A stretch of 64,000 nt of DNA from Okamejei kenojei (lineage: Eukaryota): contig CM069152.1 of assembly GCA_035221665.1 (NCBI GenBank), positions 13,516,001 to 13,580,000 of the forward strand, written 5' to 3'. The translations under genes were made by a program, and so were the position numbers. Under the pieces are notes generated by a model. That model was not told the origin of the DNA and ran no database searches. It was given only the letters and a program-made list of their open reading frames with translations. The number at the start of each line of letters is the position of its first letter. The first letter of the stretch is position 1. Of the stretch, positions 1 through 13,500 are shown piece by piece.

Positions 1-103
1 CCGCCCTGACGGTCATTCCAGCTCGTGGTTTTCAGGCGCATGCCCCCGAGCTTGAAGATCGCAGACAATTTGCTGAAAAGTTGCGTAAGTGAGACAGGTC
101 TAA
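1..103. mobile_element. probable right end of a Harbinger-like MITE
   Basis: Ends AAGTGAGACAGGTC-TAA, resembling the right TIR of the MITE at 43620-44199; left end is outside the window. Confidence 0.45.
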
Positions 104-270
104 GTACTCAGCAAGGAATTCAGGGCAAGTGAATGCCGGCATCTTTCATACATGTTACCCCAGTGATAGTTACCAGTTTTAGAAATCCCTGTGAAGGTCA
201 GTGCCTTAAGACACTATACCCCATTAAGAATCAACCCCTTCATGAATTGACGGCCACCAACTTTGGCCAC

Positions 271-585
271 GGCGGTCACAGTGACGCAGCGTTAGAGTTA
301 CTGCCTTACAGCGAATGCAGCGCCAGACACCCAGGTTTGATCCCGACTACGGGTGCTGCCTGTACGGAGTTTGTACGTTCTCCCCGTGACCAGCGTGGGT
401 TTTCTCAGAGATCTTCAGTTTCCTCCCATACTACAAAGACATACAGGTTTGTAGGTTAGTTGGCTTGGTAAATGTAAAAATTGTCCCTAGTGGGTGTAGG
501 ATAGTGTTAATGTGCGGGGATCGTTAGTCGGCGCGGACCCGGTGGGCCGAAGGGCCTGTTTCGCACTGTATCTCTGAACTAAACT
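271..585 (+). mobile_element. tRNA-derived V-SINE (HE1-like)
   Basis: A/B-box-like head, V-domain (GGAGTTTGTACGTTCTCCCCGTGACC..GTTTCCTCCCA), CR1-like tail ending in CTAAA. Confidence 0.85.
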
Positions 586-1395
586 TCAGCAAATGTACCC
601 AGTAAGAGTCAGCACATTCAGGAACTTCTACGCAGCAAAAGTCAGTAAGTTTAAGAACTTTATCTTCGTGAGGATTAGCACTATCAATATTGCAGCCCTG
701 TGAAAGCCAGGAACTTTAGGTATGTTGTGACAGGAAGAGTCAATGTCTTCAGGAAATGCGCCCTACTGAAAGCAATCCTGTATCACAGTAAATATTACCA
801 ATAATGTGAATAGTACCCAAAGAAAGTCAGCATCTTCATGAGAGAAACCCAGTGGGAAGCTCCACTCTGAAGGTCTGTACCCTATGTGATTAAGCATAAT
901 CAGAAACTGTACCCTAATTACATCACAATGGACAAGTTGAGCTGAAGGGCCTGTTTCTATGCTGTATGACTGTAATTATCAGGGTCTGTAACCCTATGAG
1001 ATTGCCCAGAGAAACTATACACTAATGTTCATCAGTGACCTTAAAAATAGCATCCAGGTGAGAATCAACAACTTCAGAACTATACTCCGGCAGACTTTGT
1101 AATATAATTGTCCTTGGGATCCCATTATTTTTTTGTATCAGTAAAGCATCTGTCATCCGACTAGTGAACAGGTTCACCGTTGACTGACCGTATCTAGACA
1201 TCTGCTTCTTCCCCGATTCTCCATAAAGTGCTAGACATTTCCTGCAATTAAATGCAATGTAAGAAATATTTACCCTCCACTAATCTGAAACCAAATTTAA
1301 AAAAAAGTCAAATAAAGGGTGTATCTCAAACATATTAATTCATGTGACATTATTATTTCTGTGTGAAATTTCATCATGATATTCTTACAATTTAG

Positions 1396-1521
1396 GCAAC
1401 TGACCATACCTTCCTGCAAAAATGTCACTACCACCATGGCAGCAATCCTCTGTACTCAAAGCCAAAGATGCCTCTGCCTGAATTTACCATCAAACATTAT
1501 GCTGGGAAAGTGACTTACCAG
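1396..1521 (+). CDS. MYO15A: exon 1 in window (motor)
   Basis: tttag|GCA..CAG|gtac; [42 protein letters not shown]. Confidence 0.95.
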
Positions 1522-4500
1522 GTACTTACCCGCCTTTATTTATGCTCACTTCACCAACGAGTCAGATTGTCAATGGACATAAAGTGGAATCAGATTGTTG
1601 ATTATAAAAAGTGATGTGCGAAGTATTACGTTTTGGTAGAAATAATGAGAAGGGGAAGTATAAATTAAATGGCACAATTTAAAAATGGTGCAAAAAACAC
1701 TGAGAATGGAGAGTATATATGTACACAAATCTTTGAAGGAGGTAGAACAACTTGAAACGGTATTTAGGATCCTTGGCTTTATTGGTACAGGCATGGTTTA
1801 CGAAAACCAAGACGTTATGCTGAACCATTGTGTTTAACTCTGAGCACTAAAGGAAATATATCAGAGAACATTTGCCAGAATCGGTGCAAGCGAGAGTCTT
1901 CAGTTGTGTGGAAGGACACCCAAAGCTGAGATTGTTCTCCTCGGAGCAGTGAAGATTAAGGGATTTGGTAGACGTGAGAATCATGAATGGTTTTGATGGT
2001 GTAAGTAAGGGGAAACAGTTTCCAGTGGCGGGATAGATCAGCAAACAAAGGACACACATTTGAGGTAATTAGCAAAAGTATGAGAGAACACAGAGAAATA
2101 TTTTTAATACAGTAGATGTAATACAAATATGCTGCATTAAAAACAATAAAAGCAGATTCGTAGTTAGTTACATTCAAAAGAGAATTGGATAATTATTTGA
2201 CGTGCAACTATTTGCATACCTGAATGAACTGCTGAGTTACTCCAGCACTTTGTGCATTCAGTCTGAAGAAAGGTCCGGACACGAAATGTCACCTATCCAT
2301 GTTTTCCAGAAATGCTGCCTCACCTGTTGAATTACCCCAGCATTTTGTGTCTTTCTTTGTATACCTTTACATGAGCTGGTACAGGTATGATGGGCTGAAT
2401 TGTCATATATTTTTGCGTGTGTCATTCTGTGAAGTTACAGAAATAGACCGAGGAATGGTGTAAATAGACCAGAAAGGAATAGGGAGGAGCAATACCTTTA
2501 TGTTGAGAAATTAGATGATTGTAGATACCACGTTTAGCATAGACCGTCCATATTAAAAAGCACTTATTCTGGATTAGAAGTCCTCTTTCACTTCACGCTT
2601 GTTTACTCTTTAAGGGATCTGAATAGAGTCTAATTTAATTCTTGTTTATTTTTAACAGGTCCACAAATTTGTTGAGAAAAATCATGATCAAGTTCGACAA
2701 GACGTCATAGAATTGTTTGTGAACAGCAAAATAAAGGTGAGTTGGGAAAATGTCCTAAATTGATAGCTTCGACTCAGTCCCTAGCTTATGTTTGGCCTTT
2801 AACAGCTATTGTTTAAATTCATTGTTCCTTATTACGGCAAAGCTGCTAAATGGTTCACAAGGTTATCCTGGTCAATTGGTTCATGTCATGTACTGACAAA
2901 CCTGGGCTATTAATTTCTACAGACTCCTTCATATAGTGGAGTAACCTTATGAACAGAGTCTCAAATGGAGAAAGCCTTGAATTCTAATTGGAACCAAGTG
3001 CCTTCTCTGGTGGGAATGCTGGAAGTGACACTGAAGGAATGAATTCCATGAATGGGCTCTCCATCTGGAAGACATTGTGATATTCTATTAACATAACATT
3101 CCAAAACATTGATCAGTTAATATAATTCCTGTTGGGAATCTGTTAACTACCCACATACTCCTTAACCTACATTAGTCCGAACTATTCCGAGACCCAATGC
3201 AATTCCATGCTGTGATTTATTGTACAGATTTATAGCTAACTCCAACCCTTAAATGCAGCCTCAGGCCTATTGAAGGACTAAAATTAACATTTAGTTATTA
3301 CATCTAACCACAAGACACTAATATCCCAACTTCTTTCCGTAAATATTTTTGGACATTTTGCATAATTTGTTCTTAAGCACCATTGCTTCTTCAAATAGAC
3401 ATACCCTATTATGAAAATCTGTTTTTTGCCATAGGCAACTCTCAAAAATTCCTTGTCAAAATAAAATATGACAAGTAAAAGTGAATGAGGCAATGGGAAA
3501 CAAGAGCTAAGCAGTTACCAGTGAAATAAAAATTACAATACTTGTAAAAAGAGGAGCAATTTCCTTTGCATCCATATCCAAACATTAAGCATAAACATTA
3601 CCTCACCCACTATAATTATAATCGTACCACTAACTATAATCGTACCAACTACCCCATAATCTCCCACCCTCCTCATCCTAATTCATCACAGAACTCATGG
3701 GAACCATCAAAATTAACAACTGGATTAAATTATTTTAACAAATGAGTTAATTTCATGACAGAATGTATTTATTTTGTTTATTAGATTCTGACCAGTCTAT
3801 TCATGGGGCAAACCATGAAGATGATGTCAAATAAGAACAGTACTGTCAGCCGTAGGTATGCTCCCACTGTGGCAGCCAAATTCCAACAGTCTCTGATGGA
3901 ACTGGTGGAGAAGATGGAAAGGTCAGTTTGGGATATTAACATTGTATTTCCCTTACCTGTTCCAGAAATTACCCTCCAGCACCACCTTCTAACATCAATC
4001 CAGCACTAAATCTAACCAAACAATAGACCCTAACCTAACATTCCTTGGCTTTTCTGGTGGATATGGTAAACAGCAAAAGTCCATTGGTGTGATATGAAGA
4101 AGAGCTGAAAATTCTGCCTGAGCCTTGACATACAATATTATTTATAACAAAGACCAAAATAGATGAACACATTGGTCCGCTTACCTCTGTGGGTTCAAAC
4201 TGTGTTCGAATGACTGGTATGTTTGCCTATATAGCAAATCTCATTCATTATTTGATAATGTTCTGAACTATCTTTGAGATCTGATAAATGTGCACCTTTT
4301 AACACCTTTTTCAGAGTGGATCACTGCTTTGATAAACTAGGACCCTGGGAAGTGTTGTAGAACAGAGAACCCAGGAGAACAAGTACACTGTTCCTGACAG
4401 TGGAATCACAGGTAGACAGGGTGGTTGTGAAGGCTTTTGGCATGTGTTGGCTGTCAACAGTCAGGGCACTGAGTATAGATGTTATGCTGCAATTGGACAA

Positions 4501-7500
4501 GGCATTATTAAGGCCGTGCTTGATGTATAGTGTTCAGTTTTGGTTACGCTGTTTTAAGAAAATGCCATTAAGCTGGAAAGAGTGCAGAAAGGTTTCATGA
4601 GGATGTTGCCAGGACTTGAGCGACGGAGTTATAGGAAGATGTTATGTAGGCTAGCGCTATTCCTTGGATAGTAAGAGGCTGAGGATGATCTTATAGATGC
4701 CCATAAACCACAAGGGACACACATAGGATGAATGCATACAGGCTTTTTCTCAGGATAGCTGAATCAAGTACAAGAGGATATATGCTTTAAGGTGAGAGGG
4801 GAAAGATGTAATAGGAACCAGAGGAGCAACTTTTTCACAAAGAGGGTGGTACTTACAGCATATGGAACGAGTGCCAGAGGAAGTGATTGAGGTGGGTGCA
4901 AAAACAAAATGTAATAGGCATTTGGCCTGGCACATGGATAGAAAAGGTTTAGAGGGATATGGATCAAATGTGGACAAATGTACCAGTGGGCATCTTGGTT
5001 GGCATGGACTGAAGAGTGATTCCATGCTTTTTAACTTTATGACATAATGACTAATTAATATAATACATTCTGATTTTTCAGCTGCAATCCTTTCTTTGTT
5101 CGCTGCATCAAGCCAAATAACAAAAAGGTAAATCAAATTTAGGAGCTTGTTGACTTTGGGATCTAGAGTGCATTAATGCAGACATTTTGGCCTGGCATTT
5201 GGGATAGAATTAATAAACCATTTGGGACCAGGTATATTGCATTGTGGTTTAAGGATGCATTAAATGGACTAATAGAAGTAATGATCAAAACACAGAAATG
5301 CTGGAACTACTCAGCAGGTCTGGCGACTAAAGCGAAGAAGAAAACAGAGATATACTGTAAATTCAGGTGAATAACTTTTAAAAGTTCTGACGCTAAATAG
5401 CTCCACAAATGCTGCCTTGCCTTCTGAGTATTTCCAACATTGCTTAATATTTTAGGTTTGTAATAGAGGCGTTTGGGGTCTGGAGTGGTTTAAGTGACAA
5501 TGACTTTTACCTTTGTCAATTGATGGCAATCTCAATCAGGAGAATGCTTAACTAAGGTGCCAATGGTTATGCTTCACCATAGCAGTGAGTATTTTTCCTT
5601 TGTGCAGGAGCCTGAACTCTTTGAGGTTGATGTTGTCAGCTCACAATTGCGGTATTCTGGGATTCTAGAGACCATCCGGATTCGTAAGGAGGGCTATCCT
5701 GTGAGGATCACCTTTGATAATTTCATCAAGAGGTCAGTATAGGGTCCATTTGTAACAGGAGGGTTTAAAAAAAATGCAAATTGTGTTAATATTCATGATT
5801 TCTATTAGACTTGTGAAGATTTGGATTTACTTCATTATCTGAGAAGTTGCAAATGAAATTGAGCATTGCTCATCATTCTCAAACATCCACAGTTCTGATT
5901 TTAAAATGGAGGGAAGATAATTAAAGAAGCAGCTGATTCATGAACAAAATCTAAATCCAAGTCTTTCTTTCTATAAATAAAAACAGTGAATTAAGGAATC
6001 AAAAAAAATGTGTCATGGTTTGAAAAAAATGTACGTGAAAACCAAACCAAAGGAAGACCAAATTACTTCTATTTTACAGCATCCTCTGATTACCGGTTTT
6101 TAGTTTCGCTCTAGTCATTGTTACAGATGAATAAACTGCATTGATACTCAGTTGAGATGTGTAATACCAGTATTTTGTTACAGATACAAAATCTTATTGG
6201 GACTTACTAATCAAATAAAGGCAGATGGTGAAAACTGCATTGCCATTTTGAAACAGATTGTTCCTGTCAGCAGAGGAACATACAGCATAGGACTTACCAA
6301 GGTCTGTTCACAACTTCACTATTTAGCAAAGTCAAGTGGACTTCTGTGTTATTTTACATTTCTGTTCCTATAGAAGGGTCATAATTTTTTTTCTTTCCGA
6401 AAACGTTGATTTCTAGGGATTTTTTTTTCCCATTGTCCCCAAAACACCTTGATCTCTATTTTCTTTACGCCATTTTCACCACACAAATATATTGTGACCA
6501 CCAAACCATAATGTTTTATATGTTCTCCATATAAGAAACATCCCTAAAACCCTGCCTATCTAAGGAAATAAGATCAAAAAATATAATTCCATAGGTAATA
6601 ACTCTTGCTTGGCATATAGTTCCACTGAGGATTTTGAAGCTTTTTAAGATTATGTCTATTTTTCCATTGTGGTTCTGGGATTTTAATCCAGACCATCAAA
6701 TGGGAAACGTTTAGATGTTTCTAAACATTAGGCATTGAAAACTTAAATTAACACATAGTGGAGATTGCGGTGATGCTGCTGGAAGCTTCCTCATGAGCTT
6801 CAATAAGCTTTAATAAATGGGCGGCACGATGTTACAGTGGTAGAGTTGCTGCCTTACAGCACTTGCAGTGCCAGAGACCCGGGTTCGATCCTGACTACGG
6901 CTGCTGTCTATATGGAGTTTGTAAGTTCTCCCCCTGACTGCGTGGGTTTTCTCCGATATCTTCGGTTTCCTTCCACACTACAGGTTTGTAGGATAATTGA
7001 CTTGGAATAAATATAAATTGTCCCCAGTGTGTGTAGGATAGTGTTAATGTGCGGGGATCGCTGGTCAGTGAGGACTTGGTAGGCCAAAGGGCCTGTTTCT
7101 GTGCTGTATCTCTAAACTAAACTAAACTAAACTAAAAGCAGTGTACATTTAGCAATACGTGTAGAGTGACAAAATGCCATCTGATTTTACCTCAGCTTTT
7201 CATCAAGGAGAATTTGTACCACACTCTAGACAGTAAACGAGATGGCCTGATGCTCATGGCCTCTCTCACTCTGCAGCGATATGCCCGTGGATTCTTTGCC
7301 AGGAAACGTTATACAAAACTCCGGAGAACAATCATTCTGCTGCAGGCTACAGCTAGAGGCTACATGACCAGGTAAGAGTGAAACCCTGAATCTAAAAAGT
7401 AGAAGTTAATCTGATGTTAGAACTGAGAACCATAAACAATTGAGAGGAGAAATGCATGAATTGAAGTGCAGCCAAAAGCTTATTAAATGGCAAAGCAGTA

Positions 7501-10500
7501 ATGAAGGGCTGAATGGCCTGCTCTTGATTCTAATTGGTATTGAATTTCTGTAAGGGCCTAAGGAGTTTCTTCTTCTTGCGTATGGCATGCACAGCCTAAA
7601 GTTGTCAGACAACTTGTTCTATTTGATCTTATTTGATTGTGCATGCCGAGTTGATTGCATTTGTCGAAACAGGGCGGACCACGTGAAGGCTGCAATCTCC
7701 CACCCTGCCTAAGGAGCTGTGGTGCAGTCAGTGAATGCATCATAACCAGGCTGTGAGCACTGACACCTTCAGAGCATGAGGGTCTAAGGCGAATATTTTG
7801 CAATTGGATGACTGGTTGCAGTACAGTATGGACTCAAGTCAACCCACCTGTCCGCATGCAGTTTAATATCCATGCCTTCCCAGGATACAGATGAGCTTGG
7901 GCCAAGCCCACCCAGTTGTCTCCATGTTTCAGTGAGGTAGACCAGCAATGTTGTGAGTCCCGACATGCATGACAGAGCTCACAAATCATTCAGTCATACA
8001 TCAAGGGAATGGACATTTACATTAAGGCAAACAACGTTTCAGAGAATGAAGGAAACAGTAATAGCATTGTGTGGGTATTAAAAAAAAAAACAATATCCCT
8101 GGTGTAAAGGACCAGAAGTATTTAACACTCATCTGCAGCCCCTGCCATTAGACAGTATTATTGCCTTGCCCAAGGCAGTGAGGAGCAATAGAGAGGAAAG
8201 CACCGAGAGGTCATTAGTATTGGTGTTGGCATTGCTTTATTATTGTCACATGTACTGAGATGTAGGAAAGATTTTGTTTGCATGCATCCAAATAAATCAG
8301 ATAATATTATGCATGAATACAATTAAGCCATACACAAATGCAACAGGTAGAGCAAAGAGCATAATACCAGATTGCAAAATATAGCTTTCAGCATTGTAGT
8401 ATTACAGTACCAGAGGACTATAATGAAGCAGGTTGGAAGATTGAGCCTATACCCTAGCTTATGGGAGAACCATTCAGAAGTCTGATAACAGAGGGGAAGA
8501 AGCTGTTCCCGGGTCTGGTGGTACGTGCTTTCAAACTTTTGTATCTTCTGCCCGACAGGAGCAGGGAGAAGAGGGAATGACTGGGGTGAAAAAGGTCCTT
8601 GATTATGTTGGCTGCTTTTCCAAGGCAGCGTGAAGTGTAGATGGAGTCAATGGTGGGGCGTCTGGTCTGTGTGATGGATTGGGCTACATTCACAATTCTC
8701 TGCAATTTCTTGAGGTCTTGGGCAGAGCTGTTCCCAAACCAAGCTGCGATGCACCCGATAGTATGATTTCTACAGTGTATCTGTAGAAGTTGGTAAAAGT
8801 TGTTGCGGACAGGCCAAATGTCCGTAATCTCCTGATGAAGTAAAGGTGATGCTGTGCTTTGCTGGCCATAGCTTCAGTGTGATTGTTTCAGGCCAAATTG
8901 TTGACAATATTTACGAAAAGAACCATTTCAACTTCGGCACCATTAATGCAGTTCTTAGTTTTGCGAAGACTGAGCAGTAGTTCCCAGGAACTAATGAACT
9001 ACCAAAACAGTGCTATTATTTTAGTTTAGAGACACAACGTGGAAACAGGCCCTTCGGCTCACTGAGTCCATGCCGACCATCAATCACCCTACACTAGTTC
9101 TATGTTATCCCACTTTCGAACCTACACACTAGGAACAATTTACAGAAACCAACCAACCTACAAACCTGCACATCTTTAGAGTGTGGGAAGAAACCGGAGC
9201 TCCCAGAGAAAATCTATGCAGTCACAGGAAGAACGTGCAAACTCCACACAAACAGCACCGTAGTTACGACTCTGGCGTTATGAGGTAGTAGCTCTACCAC
9301 TGCGCCCCACCTTTTGGAGTTTTGTGAAATCTGTTGCGAGAATGAAGGGAGAAAGAATGTCCTTCAAATCTTTTCTTCACTTTGTTTGTCTTTACAGGAA
9401 AAAATTCCAAAAGTATAAGGAAAGCTTGATTAAAGTCCGATCCGTTGTTCTCATGTTTACAAATCGTAGGAGATTCCTCAGGGTGAGTTGGAACACTGGG
9501 TGGTCAAAGATGCCCAGTCTAAGCCTTGTCTATCGTTTCCTCCTTTGTCTGGTTCACGTGCACATGGTCTATTTTGTCTGCATCTTTCCATTTCACCTGA
9601 TCCATGTCTACGGTTCACCTGGTTAGATTCCACCAGGACCATCTCATCTAGCGCCACTTATCTACCTGGACAAATCCCGTCTGATCCATTTAATTTGCAT
9701 CCACTTGTTTTATTTTCCAATCTATCCCTGAATTCCTAATCTACTGGGTCCAAGTACATCCAATCTACTTGTTCTATGTTTACCTGATCTCCTTGATCTG
9801 TATCCACTTGACCAATGTCCACCTAGTCAGTGTCCACTTGGTATGAATCTTCTTGGTTTAATTGGTCTCCTTCCACCAAATCAATTAAATATGCCTGGTC
9901 GGTGTCTATTCCATTTGGTTTGTGTCCATCTGCTCTCCATGTTTGCTGATGGTATTCATCTTCTCTGTGGTTGAGGTGGATGTAAACGATTACATGTCAT
10001 TATCTGAAGAAGAGATGGAGTGCAGCCAACTTAGTTTGGACAAACCAGTCATTCATTTTATTATTGGTTCAATTTGCAGTGCATAAAATGGCTGTTATAT
10101 TTGGCTTATATAAAAAACAGAAAATGCTGGAAATACTCAGCAAGTCAGGCTGCATCTATGAAAAGAGTAACAGAGCTAACATTTCAGGCCCTTTGTCAGA
10201 ACTTACTAATGAGATCAAGGATCCTTTATCTGAACTCACTTTCTCTGGTTTACTTCAAATTCACTAAGTGGATCTTGCAACTAGAGCAAGTAAACACATA
10301 GCCTTTTCTCCAGAATTTGTACAAATTGAGTGGTGCGAGCTCAGATAAATTGTGATCAATTATGTGACCGTGAAACATCGTCAAATGTTTCTGAAACATG
10401 GATGGCAGACTACTTTCCCAGAAACATTTTTTTTTCTTCTTTTTGTAGATCCGAGAACAAAATCGGGAGAGGATTGAGATGGTAACAGACATCCTTTCAT

Positions 10501-13500
10501 ATATTTTTTTTAATTGTGTGCTTCCTTCGTCCTATCACTGGAGTACAATCTAACACACTAGTCTAATCCTTTGCACAGGGGTACTGAATCACACATTGGT
10601 CCCATCATCTGGATTATGGCATCTGGAGATGCAATGTAAACCAACATCTTTGACAGTACCACACACTCTACCTCCACGAAGGATAAGGGAATTCAGATGC
10701 ATGAATCTCACCACTTGGATGTTCACCTCTAGGTCACTGAGATTCCTGACTTAGAACTGTATCAGAATGTCCCCATAACTGCCGAGACTAAGCACTGGAA
10801 GTTCCAAAAGGCAGCTCACCACCACCTTCCTAAGGTCAATTAATAATAATTGTTGGCGGCTCCCTAACCTAACAAAGAAAATAAAATACAATTCCTAAAC
10901 CATGTAGTTCCAACTCAGTATTCTAACCTACAAATCGCAACTTTAATCCTAATTCACCAGATTCCTCATGTTTATCCTCATCCTTCGTTTGTCATATCAC
11001 AAATGTTACAGATGTTTTTGGCTCTCGATTTAATCGTTTTTGTTTCCATAATGAGACATACGGCATGCTGCCATTATCACTTGAAAGAGAATTTAATTGT
11101 AAAAATTACATTTAAACTCAGGAACAAACAATGAGAGAGGTGGTGAATGTTGCTCATCTGGATATTCCAGCAGAGTTGGCTGCCTTACTCCAAGCTGCAG
11201 CAGGTAAACATTTCATCTGGATACTCAATTTTTCAGCCATTGTTCTCTCAGTCTAATGCTTGTTTGTATATCAACATTTCTTACGTTACCTCCTTCTGTT
11301 ACTCTGCCTTACTCATGGAAATATTACAGCAGTAAATAAGTGTGGTATGCTTTTCAAAACAGCAAGATTGCATGCATTATATTAAGAAAGCATGTACAGT
11401 AACTGGAAATTAGGCCATTAATTTTCCTCCCACTATTTCTGGCTGCTATTCCTCAATAAGACCACCCTCAATCACACTGCTACTGATTTTCCATAATCCA
11501 CCCTGAACTCTGGCAGATGATCTTGCTCCGATCACCCTACCAGTTATTCTGCTCCAAACTTTCCACTTACAGTCTTAAGCTCATCAGGGGAACTCCACCA
11601 ACTGCAACTTCCTGTGCACACCGCACAATATCATAAGATCATAAGTGATAGGAGTAGAATTAAGCCATTTGGCCCATCAAATCTACTCCGCCATTCAATC
11701 ATGGCTGATCTATCTCTCCTAACCCCATTCTCCTGCCTTCTCCTCATAACCTCTGACACATTTATCCCTTCTGTTCCAGAAACTCCCCCCACCCCTGGGA
11801 TTTCCTCCCCATTGAGTTCCATGTTTGTTTTTGGCCTTCGACTTACTCAATCTCCCCAAGTAAGATAACCCCTCATCTGAGCAATCACTCTAATGATTTG
11901 ATACTGACAGCTGACAGACTAATAAGTCAGTGATCTCCACTTCTTTCACAAATTTCAATTCGAGAAATCGAAAAGCCCCTTTCAGGAAGAAAGCTGTTGA
12001 CGTTGGATGTTTTTTTTTTTTGCAGTTGGGAAAGAAACCCACGCAGATTGCATTATCCAGACAGAAATTCCAAAATTGCTTTCAGAGCAACAACTATCAA
12101 TGCCTCTTGATATCAACAACTACCCTTTCTCCAGATTCGTATGGACTCACTTCAGGGTAGGTTTGTGTGGTTTGTTGGTTTTGTGTTACGTGAATGGGCT
12201 ATCCTTCTGTTGTCCTCACTGGTGTCTTCTTTTGTCCAGAACCATTTATTTGGTATGTTGACCTCTCCACTGGAAGAAGCATTGACCCAAGCAGAAGAGG
12301 ACATAACTCATGAAGCTGCTACAGTCTTCAAGCTGGTAAGGTGCAAGGCATAGAACTGTTTGTGAAGCATGTAACCGTACATTCCAATACTTGGAATGTA
12401 GCCAATTAGTGTCATTGCCTATTTCCAGGTCTCTACTACAGTATTCTGAAACAGATGCCTGAATGAGTCCCCTGCAGTTTTCCTCTAGCATTTTGTGTCC
12501 ATCTATGATGATGATAATGTTCTTTTTCAGATACTACGATTCATGGGGGACCCACATCTGAATGGAACTCAAGAAATCCTCTTTGGTAATTACATAGCCC
12601 AAATAGGGTTGGCCAACTCCAACCTACGCAATGAAATCCTCGCTCAAATAGCCAATCAAGTATGGAGAAACATCAATGATAAGAATGCAGAGAGAGGCTG
12701 GCTCTTAATGGCTACATGCCTCAGTAGCTTTGCTCCTTCTTCTAAGATGGACAAGTACCTTCTGAAGTGAGTATTTTGTGAAGTCGGTCAGTTCAAGCTA
12801 ATCTAAAAATGTGGAATTAGATGTAAACCCATGAAAGACTGACCAAATCGGTAAAATGATTCTCTCTCCAGCCCATTCTCCAATTACACTGACCTCTTGC
12901 AGCCCCACTAATCACTCACATGCCCTTTCCTTTCAAGTACTGCTCCGCCTCATCCCCTATTCCTTCCACTTTCCAATTCTACTGGTACCCTTCCTCAGAT
13001 TTGCTTGGTCCACTGATAAATGCTGTGTTATCAGGATCTGCAGAAACTGGAAATCTTACTGTCGCGTAAACAGGAATGGGACAAGGCTTGGAGACACATC
13101 CTGCCACTGTTGCCTTAAACCATGAAGGCCGTATCTAAAACACGAGGCCAAGATGAAAATGCATGATTTACATCCTTCTCTCTCTCCTTTTATTCAACAG
13201 GTTTGTGTCGGATCATGGTTTCAATGGGTTTAAGTCTGTATGTCAGCACAAGTTATTGCAGGCAATGCATAAAGCCAAGTATGGCCCTGAGGGAGCCAGA
13301 GGCTATCCACCCTCCCTGCTGGAGTGGACAGGCAACAAGAGGAAGGCTAACATTGCAATAGAGGTATCCAGTTTTGATGGTGAGCAAAGATTCTCCCAAT
13401 TGGATGGACTCACTTCATCGTGTCAAATGCTACTCATGCAGCAACTAAGAATGGGGCAGCACAGCGTTCAACTGGATTGCGCATGTCTGAGGCCATCCAG

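Noticed and set aside
271-350. tRNA gene
   Set aside because: It is the tRNA-derived head of a SINE, continuous with the V-domain; the same applies to the other copies
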